A stretch of DNA of 64,000 nt, taken from contig OX597826.1 of the NCBI GenBank assembly GCA_951406725.2, positions 8,990,001 through 9,054,000 on the forward strand. Direction: 5' to 3'. The translations under genes were made by a program, and so were the position numbers. Source of the DNA: Octopus vulgaris. Taxonomy: Eukaryota. Below, piece after piece: positions 25,952-38,495 of this stretch. The notes under the pieces are model-generated. The model was not told the DNA's origin and made no database searches. It saw nothing but the letters and a program-made list of their open reading frames with translations. The first letter of the stretch is position 1; each line of letters opens with the position of its first letter.

Positions 25952-26290
25952 TGCATGGTTCAGTAGTTAGAGTATCAGGCTCACAATCATGAGGTATTGA
26001 CTTCCATTCCTGGACTGGGCTGAGTGTTGTGTTCTTGAGCAAGACACTTTATTTCATGTTGCTCCAGTTCACTCAGCTGTAGAAATGAGTTGCGACATCA
26101 CTGGTTCAAATCTGTATCGGCCATTGCCTTTCCTTTGAATAATCTTGGTGGCATGGAGAGGGGAGGTTGGTATGCATGGTCGACTGCTGGTCTTCCATAA
26201 ACAACCTTAGCTGGACTTGTTCCTTGGAGGGGAACTTTTAAGGTGCAATCCCATGGTCATTCATGACTATGGGATTGCACCTTACCCTTT
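25950..26290 (+). mobile_element. SINE family C variant nested in a family B SINE microsatellite
   Basis: tRNA-like head and GTGTTCTTGAGCAAGACACTTTATTTCA core; family B 5' half at 25735-25890. Confidence 0.7.
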
Positions 26291-26714
26291 TTTTTTACCT
26301 GTATACATGTGTATTTGCATCTCCTTGTCTTGTGATAGTAGTGATAGTCTCTGTCAGTGTCATTCATTTCCAATATTCTGTGAAAACATCACTGGTTATG
26401 GGGAAATATAACTTTACTTGGAAATGAGTGAGGGTTGGTGCCAGGAAGGGCATCCAGCCATAGAAAATCTGCTTCCATATCTGTTTGACCTATACAAGCA
26501 TGGAAAAGTGGACATTGATTGATGGTGATGATTCGTGCAGGCATGGTTGAGTGGTTAAGGAGTTTTCTTTGCAACCACATGTCTTTAGGTTCAACTACTC
26601 AATACAGCACTGTGGAAAAGTGTAATCCACTATAGCCACATGGTTCATGACTGCTCATGAGTGAAACTTATTGGATGGAATTGTGCAGAAACTTGTATGT
26701 GCAGGTTTGTGTTT

Positions 26715-27330
26715 TCGCAATGGCTGAGGACAGCTGCGTAAAGAAGTACCAATTTCTGACTGTGGAGGGAATCTGTGGAAGTGGTAGACTCAGGAAGACA
26801 TGGAATGAGGTGGGGAAGTATAATTTTTGGATGCTGAATCTCAATGAGGTGATGTCAAGTGACTGAGACCTTTGGCGATTTGCTGTACTTCACAAGACAC
26901 ATCAAACTAAGTGAAATTGCCATGGCCAATGTTAGTGATATGTAAAAGGTGCCCATGCTGGTAGCACATATGAGGTACTTGTGCCGGTGACATATAAAAG
27001 GCACTTGTGCCGGTGACATATAAAAGGCGCTTGTGCCAGTGACATATAAAGGGCACACCCATGCTGGTGGCATGTAAAGGATACACCCATGCCGGTGACA
27101 CATGAGGCACCTGTGCTGGTGACATGTAAAAAGCACCTATGCCAGAGACACATAAAAGGCACCCAGTACATTCTGTGGAGTGGTAGTCATTAGGAAGGGC
27201 ATCCAGCTGCAGAAATGAAGCCAAAATAGACTGGAACCTGGTGCAGCTTTCCAGCTTACCAGCCCCATTTAAAATGTCTTATCCATGCCAGAATGGATAA
27301 TAGATAGTAAATGCTGCTGCTGATGATGTA
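26715..27330 (+). mobile_element. 5'-truncated RTE LINE end with 3' UTR minisatellite and tail
   Basis: MAEDSCVKK...VEGICGSGRLRKTWNEV C-terminal peptide followed by the UTR and a GAT tail. Confidence 0.8.
26929..27164 (+). repeat. Minisatellite, 9 units of 24-28 bp (GTGCCGGTGACATATAAAAGGCACTT)
   Basis: Units parsed directly. Confidence 0.9.
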
Positions 27331-29621
27331 CATGAGTGAAAAAGCAATAAACTGGTGCATTCAAATAAAAGTACCTTGGATTTTTCCCCCCATGAGTTGC
27401 ATAGACACTTCCTTCTCACTCTCAGATTGATTGGAAATGCTGTGAACCAGTAACTGGCGTATTAGAAACCAGTGATGCTAATATAATGTACAACGCTGTT
27501 GTTCAAAAAATGCATACCATACAATACAAAATATGTATGTTAAGAAAAAAAAAAGATATTTGTTAACGCAAATTGGTAACATGAATCACTTAATAGAATG
27601 CAATTTGATGGTTCACTGCAAACTAGTTTTGTTTGTATGCTCTGGAACAAGGAAACCTAATTTTACATTACTTCACTTTACCTCCTCCTTATCATCATCA
27701 TCATCAGCATCTTTGTTTTAATGTCTTCTTTTCCATGCTTGCATGGCTCAGACAGAATTTGTTGATAGACTTTTTTATGGCTGGATGCCCTTCCTCTTGC
27801 CAAACCTTAACTGTTTCCATGCAAGGTAATATTTAATATTCTTCATGACTGGATGTGTTTCTTTTTTTTTTCTTTTTTTTTTTTTGCATGGAAGACTGGA
27901 GAGGAACAAGGCTTGTATGATGATGCTTGCTTACAAACATAAGGTAAAAACAAGGGCATACACACACACAAGCACACACGCACACGAATACAGACACACT
28001 CACACATACACGCACACACTCACAAACGTGTGTGTACACACACACACACCTCGTGCGCATACACATGTACACATAAACATGCACATGCAAGTACACACAC
28101 ACATACAAACATCTACACGCACACCCACACAGAATGAGCTTTGGTTGGCACTGAGCTTTAGGAGATGACACTTTCTCAAGGTGTTTAGGAAAATTGATGC
28201 TCTGCTTTTCTAGGAAAGTTACCTCTGGCTTTAAAGAGACAACATGATTTCCTCTACCCTCTAAAATGTCATTAAGTACTAGTCGTGTTGCATCGTTTTT
28301 AAGCTTTTGTTTGTGAAGCAGCAGTAATTGTATCTTGGGTTAGTTAAATGTCTAACACAATTTAGTTTCATTATGTTGTATTGTAAGCGGCATTCTTTCA
28401 CTAGAGTCAACAATGACTTTCCAGTTATGGTGGCTGTTATAGTTGTCACCTGAATTGAGTAGATCTATAAAAATACATTCTGGGATCATACCATCGCTTT
28501 TCTTTTTGTCTATATCTAAAACTATATTGTGTGATATCGCATTTTTTTTTAATGTAAAAAAACAGAATGTGAGTTGAAGCTGCTGCTATTTCTAACAAGT
28601 TGAATGATCATCATCATCATTGTTTAACGTCCGTTTTCCATGCTAGCATGGGTTGGACGGTTCAACTGGAGTCTGGGAAGCCAGAAGGCTGCGCCAGGCC
28701 CAGTCTGATCTGGCAGTGTTTCTACAGCTGGATGCCCTTCCTAACGCCAGACCACATAAATGCTACTTTGTTGAGTTGTTCCAACAAAAATGATAAAATA
28801 ACTATCAAGCATGTACTTGAGTTGATTTGTCCTGTATGTCAACTGGTAAATGTTGGAATTCATATTGTGACATGAATGGCGAGTATTCGTTCAGGTGCCA
28901 CAAATAAGCCCCTCAGCTTTTGCAAGCTAATACTATGATGCAGTTCTAGCCCCAAGTTGATGATCTCTCAATAAAAACAGGTTCCTTATAAATAGTGATT
29001 CAAGAAAGAACCTGCAAAAATTATGTGACTCTTAGAACATTGTGTGTGTTATAAGCCATCAACTATGTTGGGTTTTTTAATATTCCTTGCATCGAATGTG
29101 TTAACACTATTGTTTTTTCATACAGATTGCATTTCATTATAATTTATTTCTTGCCACTGTTGTTTGGGCAAAAACATAATAAACACAATGAACTCCCATT
29201 GAAAAATAATCTATATTTCATGCATATACAAGAAAGAATTGTGTATGCATATATATATATATGTGTGTGTGTGTGTATGCATGCATGTTCATGTAAGTCT
29301 ATATATGCATGATTTTGTATTTGTGTGTGAATGTGTGTGCATGGCAGGAATAGTGGGAAGCCAGACAAAGCATCTTCCGCTATTTAGATCTACCACTCTC
29401 TGTTCTTGGTGTTTCAAATCTTTCATACCAGAGTTTAACTGACGTTACCTTTCATTGCTCTGTGTTAGGTGGGTGTTTGCAGCTCGGGGTGAGGGGCAGG
29501 CTGATAAAATAATTAATAGTTCATGAAGCCAATTCAATCAACTTTATCCCCCTCACCACCACCACTACCACTAACATCACCCAACCTCATACAAATTAAT
29601 GGCTTCATGCCAATATGAGAA

Positions 29622-29718
29622 ATCATTATTATTATTATTACTATTATCATCATTATTATTATCATCATTATTATTATTATTATTATCACTATTATTATTA
29701 TTATCGTTATTATTATTT
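29622..29718. repeat. (ATT/ATC)n trinucleotide tract
   Basis: Direct inspection. Confidence 0.95.
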
Positions 29719-30063
29719 TTATTTTTATATTTCCTGTGTTATGTCTCTGAGGCTAGGTATTTAACTTTTAAACTTGCCTAAAGTCTTATGCCTAATTACA
29801 AAACCATTATAATTTCTGGAGACTTCACAGAATCTGTTCTCTCTTTAAGCTTCCACAACTACATATATATTCATATGCTTGTGTACACATAACATAACCC
29901 TATTTGTATAATATACACATAATATCACATTAAAACCATTATATCTATTTACACATTTAACACACAAATATATATATAGCCTCCTTACAGACAATTCTTC
30001 TTTGTGTCTGTGTATGTATATTTATATATATAAAATATGTATATAGATATTCATATATATGTA

Positions 30064-30113
<50 letters not shown>

Positions 30114-30489
30114 TATATTTATATACATATGTGTGTATTTATGTATAGCTTCAACATTTTATAACTGTAGTAATTTTTATAAACATATACGCAAACACAT
30201 GAAATATATATACATTGCTTTGTTTTTTTTTCAGTGTATATACTCACTCAATACATACATGTACATAATCTCTCTCTCTCACACACACACACAAATACGC
30301 ACTTTTGCATACACTCAGCTACAAATATAGTTACATACTATACATATAACCATCAATCACTATTCAAAAATAGTCAGTTAATTCCATCAATTATATTATA
30401 ATCACTAGATACCATAATTATCAAAATACTAATTTAATGCCAGCAAGAGGAATCAGACGCAAAAATGACGACAGTAAAGTTTATCATTT

Positions 30490-30642
30490 AGATGGCGATG
30501 ATGATGATGATGACTATAACGATATTAATGGAGATGATGACGATGATTATGCTGCTGTGGCTGTTGATGTGCCTACTACTGCTGTTGCTGCTGCTAATGA
30601 TGATATTAGTTGTAATGATGGTGGTGATGATGATGAAGATAA
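30490..30642. repeat. Degenerate (GAT)/(GCT) trinucleotide tract
   Basis: Direct inspection. Confidence 0.85.
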
Positions 30643-30922
30643 TTGTGATTGTGACACAACCAAACAATCCCAAGAGATTCGATAAACATTTGCTAACTTA
30701 ATTCTGCTCTACTAATAATAAATACTTTGTCTGGAGAAAAATGTTTAGTACAAGATTGTGATCATAAATATGTGTGTGTGTGTTCTTTTATCCTTTTATT
30801 GGTTTCAGTCATTTGACTGCAGCCATGCTGGAGCATCGCCTTCAAAAGCTCTTAGTCAGTCATGTTGACCCACGCTAGTTATTTCAGACTTGTATTTTAT
30901 TAACCTCTGTTTTATTAAGTGA

Positions 30923-32081
30923 CTAGCAGCATAGCCCGGCGTTGCCTGGATATGTAAGAGCCCCTAATAGGCAACGACTAATCCCAATCTAGTCCTTTCC
31001 CTCTAGGGAACAAAGGCGCATGAGTAGGTTGCAATGTCTTCTCTTCACTCCCAAATAACTATCAAACAGATATCGATAATTCAACCCAACCAATTCCTAC
31101 CAGGAAGAAATTACATTCGAGACTTTACCCCCAACACCGCCACTTCTGCTAATAGCTGCTGCAGCTGCAAGTTATTCGAATACTTTTTTTGTTTACACTT
31201 TCTTTATAACTACCAGCCCAAACGTTTTACCTTAAATTTTTGACGTACCCTTAGGGTCCTCGGACGCTACTTGCAAACTCTTGGTTTATTATAAACCGCT
31301 TTTGTCGTGTGCACCAAAAAACCTTTTCCATTTGTTTGTTCAGTTTGGTGACTTTTGAATTTTTCGTTGTTGTCATTCACATTGCTGCCCACTTTTTTGC
31401 CGTTTTTGTACATTTTTATACATTTTGGGATACTTACCCCACGTGTTCTGAGAGTTAAAAAAGTCGAATTGCGTCCCCTGGATAGTCTGTGGTTTGTGTT
31501 TAATACACAAATCGGTTTGCTATGTGTGCCACATATGATTTAATTAACCGATTTTTTTCCATTAATAAAGTATCCTATTGGAATAAAAAGGGCCATATAG
31601 CTCCTTGGAGCAGACATGATGCTCGCTGTGAATTTAAAAAAAAATTCCTGCCAATTTGTGAAAGATATTGTCGAAAATATGTCATCTTGAATTTGAATGC
31701 GATTTCCCAAAATGGCATGATTTTATCGATTTTTTTTCCGATGGTAAGGTATTGCATGGAAAACTAACGTCAGAATTAAGTTTCTTAGGGTGACATTAAG
31801 CTTCACCATGAGTTTGGTGAAAATCGATTGCAAGTTGCGAAAACTACAACAGAAAATGTGTTGCATATAAAAAGCTTAGATTCTCGACCCCATGTCGAAT
31901 TTATCGATAATTTTCAGAACTGGGGGAACTTTTCAAAATTTTCGCTGCGTTAGTTTTGAATTATGACATTGGGCTATGTGTGTGTCAAGTTTCATCAGAA
32001 TCGGTTGAAAGCCGTGGTCAGGGTGCGGGTACAACCTGACAGACACACAGACAGACAAACTGCCGTTTATATAGAGAGAGA
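30923..32081 (-). mobile_element. Non-autonomous Helitron (H1)
   Basis: On the - strand it starts TCTCTCTCTATATAAAC plus (CTGT)n and ends with hairpin CCAGGCAACGCCGGG...CTAG; the 5' ~200 bp is shared with 58236-58618. Confidence 0.85.
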
Positions 32082-34134
32082 CTAGCAGAGGTACCCGGTG
32101 TTGCCCGGGAATGAAATTATTCCTTATATATTGGAAGAAAAAAAGCAACATATGTTGTATGGAAATTTGTTATACTAAATTCAATTTATTCTTTAATTAG
32201 GCTACAATTTATTCTTCAATTGGGAAATCAATTCTGAATTCATAATTAAAAAAAAAAATTATAATAAAAATAAACAAAAGCACAAATGTAAAACTTTTAT
32301 AAAGGGAGATAAATTCTATCATATATGTTGAAGGAAATTATGTATCTGTGTTTTTTTTATACCAAAGTGATATCCATCTTGGCCAAGTACAGAGGTTAAT
32401 GGATACTGGAGTGCATCATATGATGGGTGGGTTGCAGTTATCTGCTGAATCTTATTTGCTCTTCTTTGAATAATAATATCTCTCTCTTGCCATACTTGTT
32501 GCCTGTAATAATTACTGTTACTTCCGTTGCAGCAGGGGCATTGTAGCAGCCTCTGTGCTCAGCAATAGGCTTTTTGTCTGCATCAATAACTATCTTGTAT
32601 TCACTGGGTGGTGCAGATTCCCATGCATACTTGAAGCTTCTGATGTAGCTATTGTTTGCATGCAGCATATCTTGCAGATTAAAGATTAACTCTTCCTTCA
32701 AATGACCATTTCAAAGCTTGCTCATTGTAATTTACCACAAAATATAGCTGTAATATCTGAGGATTTTTGCCTTCAGTTGGCAACAAAGATCCAATCCGAT
32801 GGTATATTTGACCTTCAACTTTAAAAGTTCTTCATGTTCCCTTATAATATTGCTACCAAAGGAGGTCATTTGGAAAGCAGAATTATAATTCCTAATGTTT
32901 TTCAAGAAGTGCATGCTCCTTAGTGTGTTTCTCAAAAGCAATGTCTTCAAAGTATCTGGGAGTGTACCAAACGTCAGTAAAACAACTATTCCTCCACCAC
33001 AACACATACTGGTGGTTTCTCTTTCCCATTTGTTTCCTTTACAAAAACTGCACTCTTTTGGCATTGCTCCAATATCAATCAATTTCTCTGTAGAATAATC
33101 ATGTTTTGGATCATAGTTGAAAGCTCATCTTCTCCGAGTCCCCTTAAATGGTGTAACTCTTTTGTCCAACGTATTCAGCCTATCTTGAAGATACATCTTT
33201 CCTCTGAGAATTGGTGAAGTCTTGCAGCAACTGTTTGCTCCTGGTTTTTGTTTTGTCTCGTCTCTCACTGACCTTTTGTCTCATTGGCAACTCTGGCAGC
33301 TTGTCTTTGTCTTGCATCCCATAAACGTTTTCCTCTTTCCATTTTTTGACTCTTGGCTCCTGCAGATTGCATTTTGTTGACATAATTGTTCTAACCGTTC
33401 GTTTTTCCCTTGCCCCTTGTAACTCATTGGCCCTGCGTGTAGCAGTTTTCTCCTTTCAGTCATTTTCATGTCTTTGCTGTTGTCATGTAAGAGTCTCTAG
33501 TGACCTTACTGTGGCTACCTGTACTCGTCTTTGCACCACTGTAGAACACTGACCATCAACATCTTGTAGAGAGTGAGAACATTCTCCTCAGAAACTTTTT
33601 TTGAAAATTAAAATGGGAATTAAGTGAAAAAAATGAGTGGAAGTTATGTGAATATCTTCACAAGCATGATTGAAATAAATGGCAATTGTGAAATGGCACA
33701 CACAGAGACAGACAGACAGACACACACATACACACACACCTACTTTCTTTCCCCCCTCACTTTGTGTTGGCTTTCTTTCACCTTCACAACACGTATAGTA
33801 TCAAACATTAGTGTCTCTCTCTCTTTCTCTTTTCTCTCTGTCTTTTCCTCATTCTGTGTTTCTCTCGCTCACACATTCTCTCTCACCCTCTGTGATAGTT
33901 CCTCTCTTTCAGTCTGTTTCTTTCACTCTCTCTCTCTCTCTTTCTAACTCACTCACACCCACTATTTACATTTCTCCCTCTATTGAAGGACATGACAAAT
34001 GAGGAGATGAAGGAGTAGTAAAGAGCCACTTCCTCACTTTGCTTCTCTTTTTCTTTCTCTCCCCTCTCACTCTCTCATTGGCATTAGGCACAGACATGCA
34101 AATTCACAGACATCTGCTAATATATAGATATAGA
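32082..34134 (-). mobile_element. Defective Helitron (H2) with RepHel remnant
   Basis: 5' TCTATATCTATATA at 34134; 3' hairpin CCCGGGCAACACCGGG..CTAG at 32082; host A|T restored (30922/34135). Confidence 0.85.
32360..33120 (-). pseudogene. Helitron Rep/helicase N-terminal region, frameshifted
   Basis: IDIGAM..ECSFC...KW..E..SMCCGGG, HFLKNIRNYNSAFQMTSFG, GQIYHRIGSLLP, LQDMLH.NN.YIRSFK, CYNAP...EV and HPSYDALQYPL are canonical Helitron motifs. Confidence 0.92.
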
Positions 34135-34299
34135 TGTGACGTCATTGTGGTATAAAATATCGTTTACAATAGTTGACTTTTAGAAAAATTATAATGTCAA
34201 ATTTTTGTAATGCAAATATGTAAATGAAAATAAAGTTTATTTGGTAACTGAAAGATTACTGAATCTTTTGATGTAACTAAGTTTTCAAATGCACAAATG

Positions 34300-34710
34300 C
34301 ATAAGGAACACACACACACACACACAAACTCTGTTTCATATATATAGATTAGTTTTTCTTTCTTCAGAGCCTTCTTACTGGCTTCTGTCTCCCTCTTTTT
34401 TTACACTCACACACATATGCACGTACACACACATATATGTGTATACATTCACATACATACGTGCATACTCACACATATCCATGCTTACACATGCATACCC
34501 ACACATACCCACACATACACATACATGCATACACATATGCATACAAACACGCATGCTTATACACATATACACACATCACTTTTTGTTTCTAAACATACAC
34601 ACACGCACACCATACACATGCTTATACTTTCTTTCCTTCACACATAAACACAAACGCATATTTATTCTAACACCCATGCACACTTTCACATAAATACACA
34701 CATACTCTCA
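34300..34710. repeat. Degenerate CA/TA-rich low-complexity tract
   Basis: Direct inspection. Confidence 0.85.
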
Positions 34711-35217
34711 TGCACTGGGCTAATTTTATGTGATAAAATTTAATTTCGATTTTAAACTGATTGTATCTGTCTCTCTCAGTTCATTTCTGCATCCTCAATA
34801 CATTGTGAGTGGGGTTGGGGACATATCAATACGCATGACTGGTTCACACCACCCTTGCATTCCCACTCCACCAACTGACTTCTCACTCACCATTTCTATG
34901 CTAACCCTTCACTTCCTAACACCCATCTTGTCACTATAGGCCTGCTTTTATCACCATGCCTTCCTTTCTAGCTATATACTTGTTCTCTTACTGGGTATCA
35001 TGAAGACAGTCTTAGACCAGTGCTGCCTTCAAGCAGGGACACACTGGGCAGTTGCGTGTGGACCTCAAGGTCCAGAGGCCCAATTCAAATCTAATCATGC
35101 TGCAGCTTGCTGTCAATAAATAAATAAATACTGTTGGGTCTAATGTATTGATTTTCCAGAGAACATATGCTGTTAAGAGACCATGTCTCAGACTACAATT
35201 GTACGGTCACTCTCTCT

Positions 35218-35751
35218 CCCTGCTGTCGCATTCGAGAAGAGTACAACTGTCGAGCAAATCTGTAATTAAGATAGTTCTGCCGACCTCCCTGAATAGGGAG
35301 GAGCGAGCCTGTTTTCTCTTGGTAGTTGCTATGGCGAAAGAAGTAGTGTGGAAGACGAGAGTAAAAGGAATTGCAACAGGCATGTTTATCTCCAGTCTCG
35401 AGCTAATCGACTTTTTCGTTTTCCACATGAAACGGAAAATAAGGCTGGAGAAGAAATGCCTGTCGCAAAGTGTGTTTCGTAAAAGATGGAAGTCTATAGC
35501 AAGTATGATGCGAGTGAAAGAACCTGTTTAATCAAGAATGTGAAAAAGGAAAAATCAAAGTCTTCAGTGTGAGTATGTGGTTTGTGGGGTCAACCACGTC
35601 CTCCGCTTCATTTTTTGTTATTCACTCATTCTCATTTAATTGTATATATTTCAATTGTTTGTTTATTCATACGTTTCGTCTCATTCGATACCCTGACCCC
35701 AACGTTTGTTTTGTCCCCTCTTTTTCTCAACCTTATGGTGAATAAAGAAAT

Positions 35752-35752
<1 letters not shown>
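35218..35752 (+). mobile_element. 5'-truncated Tx1/L1-clade LINE (ORF2 C-terminus, stop at 35531, plus 3' UTR)
   Basis: Open frame ...FLLVVAMAKEVVWKTR...FFVFHMKRKIRLEKKCL...FRKRW typical of the Tx1 ORF2 end; ends AATAAAGAAATA; flanked by ACTCTCTCT on both sides. Confidence 0.75.
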
Positions 35753-35783
<31 letters not shown>

Positions 35784-36163
35784 ATAGCTGAGAAAATATA
35801 ATGCAAAAGGAAGGAATGAACAGAGTTGATGACATTGTGTAGAGAGGACATTTTCATCTTTAGAGACACACTCTTTAGTGCTGTCAGTAGAATAAAATGT
35901 TGGGGTTAACAACGGCTTCCAGCTGTAAGACTAGACCAAAAGGGAAGGACACAATGGGGGCAACAAAGAGGTGATGCTTTAGTCTTGACAAAGGAAACCT
36001 CTCTGGCATTGATGACATGAATGCATTCAGCCCATGTTGTACACTGGTGGGTTATAGGAGAGGTCACCAACTGAAACTCATGCAAATATGGATTTCAAAT
36101 TCTGGCACAAGGCCAGCAATTTCAGGGAAGGGGTAAGTTGATTACATCTACTAAGGCCATATT

Positions 36164-36554
36164 TATTTCTTTATTGCCTACAGGGGGTTAAACATAGAGA
36201 GGACAAACAAGGACTGACAAAGGGATTAAGTTGATTACATCGACCCCAGTGCATAACTGGTACTTATTTAATCAACCCCAAAAGGATGAAAGGCATAATT
36301 GACCTCAGTGGAATTTGAACTCAGAGTGTAATGGCAGATGAAATACCTATTTCTTTACTACCCACAAGGGGCTAAACACAGAAAGAACAAACAAGGACAG
36401 ACAAACGGATTAAGTCGATTATATCGACCCCAGTGTGTAATCGACCCCGAAAAGATGAAAGGCAAAGTCGACCTTGGCAGAATTTGAACTCAGAATGTAT
36501 CAGCAGACGAAATACCACTAAGCATTTCACCTGGCGTGCTAACAACTCTGTCAG
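36164..36554 (-). mobile_element. Dimeric family A SINE
   Basis: Two tandem monomers inside one perfect 16-bp TSD CTACTAAGGCCATATT (36148, 36555). Confidence 0.9.
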
Positions 36555-37710
36555 CTACTAAGGCCATATTAGATAATGCACGTTGAGGTATTGTATTATT
36601 TGTCAGAAATAGTATATGATTATGAGTAGAATACTTTTTTTTATAGGTTTGCTAAATCAAAACTAACCAGGGACTAGAATATCATCTTTGTTCATTGCGT
36701 TAACAGTATTTATCCTAGCACTTTTTTCTACTAAATATGTTTTTATATATCCTTAACCACCTGATATATTTTCTTTAAAATATTTAACTTCACGAGGTCT
36801 ATGCCAAGGAGGGAACTTCCTCATGATTGTTTGGTCTGCTAGAAATAGCAGCTAAATTTCTTTTAAACTACACCCTACCATCTTTAAAAGAAATGAAAGG
36901 AAACAAAGAAAAAGCCATTTTAATGGGTGGAATACTTTTGATCATAATTCCACTGAACTGGGCAGGCATGGAGCCAAACACCTACTTCTAATGAGAGGTT
37001 TGCTTATGTACTCACTAGAGCTACTCATATTTAGCCATTATGTCTGCCTCATTGAAACATTTTTCTGTCTTTAAAATGAGGATTGCATATTTTAAAACTC
37101 AAACTTCTAAACACTCTAAGTTCAATACAGAGCAGACAGTCATGGCTGGAAATTCGGATCAAATGCTTTCTATGATCAGCTGCCTCTATGCTGTAGATTT
37201 GTTTTGATTTGATAGAGTTGGCCAGGTTTAATTGGTAAACAACAACAACAATCTTCAAAATAAACTCCTTATATTTATCATGTTTTCAGGTTTGAGGTGA
37301 GATTCTCTTTCATTTCAAAATAACATATTTAATCCTATGAAATGAAATGAAATGCATGATAACTTTGTGTCAATGGGAGACTTTTGAAGATTTGTAGGAA
37401 GAATTACAGGGTGCATAAAAGCAAGAATATACGTATCTAAAGATAAAAGTTTAATCACTAGAATCTATAAGTTCTTTCAGATTAGTTATCTTATCAATGA
37501 TTTGACCTTTATTGATTTAAAATACGATGATCAATTGACAGAATCATTAGAATGGCAGACAAATGCCTTGTGATACTTGTTCTGATTCCTCATCTTCTGA
37601 GTTCAAATTTTGTTGAGGTCACCTTTGCCTTTCATCCTTCTAGGGTTCGTCAAAATAAAGTAGCAGTCAAGTAGTGGAATTGATTTAACTGGTAGCCAAT
37701 TTGTGCTAGC

Positions 37711-37933
37711 TTAACTTTGGCATTTGGCATTTAAACTGGCCATATCTGGCCACAGTATCCTGTCTGTTTTATGTTCAAACCAGCTTTATCTGGTCTCTCA
37801 CACCTACCCTACAATGTCATTCTGAAAATAAACAGTTGCATCATTGAAATCTCAAAGCTATGATATAATTCATGATTAATTCATACAATGTGAATAAATA
37901 GGCATTAAAGCAATCTGAATGCTAAAATGTTAA
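37711..37933 (-). mobile_element. TTAA MITE, inverted relative to 38002-38495
   Basis: TTAA ends; CTCTCACACCTACCCTACAATG core is the reverse complement of ~38395-38416. Confidence 0.8.
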
Positions 37934-38001
37934 GAGGTTAGAATGCATGCTTCAGTAAAGCCCCAAACTTCTCAAATGATTTCTAAAACAAGCTTATAAC
38001 T

Positions 38002-38495
38002 TTAACCCTTTAGCATTCAGATTAGTCTGTCTAACGTAATACATATTTATTTCTCTAGGGCCTCTGTCAGTCATGGCTGACCATGGATGATGTCATCCGT
38101 CCGTTGAGTTGTCTATTCAGTTTTTGCAACGCCTCCTGTGGTTGTAGAGGCTGATGCGAGAGTGGCAGTCTCATTTGCAGAGGTCACACCTATACGTTGA
38201 ATCCGGTCTGTTGGCTATCATTTCTTTTCTGTGGGCTCAGTTTTCAGCTGCTGCCATCTTCAAATTCTTTTTGCTGGTCTGTAGTTGTTTGTGAAGAGTG
38301 CCTCTCCAGCATATTTATTTATTGGTTTGAATTTGTCATACATCAATTTTTTGTGTTGAGATTTCAATGATGTACTTGTTTATTTTTAGTATGGCATTGT
38401 AGGGTAGGTGTGAGAGGCTGAATATGGCCAGTCTGTACATAAAGCAGGTATATTATTTGGGCTGGATATGGCTGGTTTAAATGCTAAAGGGTTAA
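38002..38495 (+). mobile_element. TTAA MITE hosting an RTE fragment
   Basis: TTAACCCTTTAGCATT ... AATGCTAAAGGGTTAA TIRs. Confidence 0.9.
38053..38309 (-). mobile_element. 5'-truncated RTE (BovB-like) LINE 3' end
   Basis: WRGTLH ... YRCDLCK.DCHSRISLYNHRRRC C-terminal zinc finger; 11-bp TSD CATATTTATTT (38042, 38310). Confidence 0.85.

Noticed and set aside
26929-27164. CRISPR-like array
   Set aside because: Units are contiguous with no unique spacers, there are no cas genes, and the context is a eukaryotic LINE 3' UTR
30437-30701. Asp-rich or Met/Leu-rich ORFs
   Set aside because: Products of GAT/GCT trinucleotide tracts open in several frames; no splice or homology support
33180-33469. Arg/Gln/Glu-rich ORFs as separate genes
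   Set aside because: They lie inside Helitron H2 just upstream of the Rep zinc finger; most likely the frameshifted low-complexity N-terminus of RepHel
35019-35210. Possible hAT left end (CAGTGCTGCC...GGGCAGTTGC)
   Set aside because: No matching right TIR or TSD could be found
37283-37302. 7-nt microexon or recursive splice site TTTTCAG|GTTTGAG|GTGAGA
   Set aside because: Frame-shifting length, and such motifs are expected by chance in 64 kb
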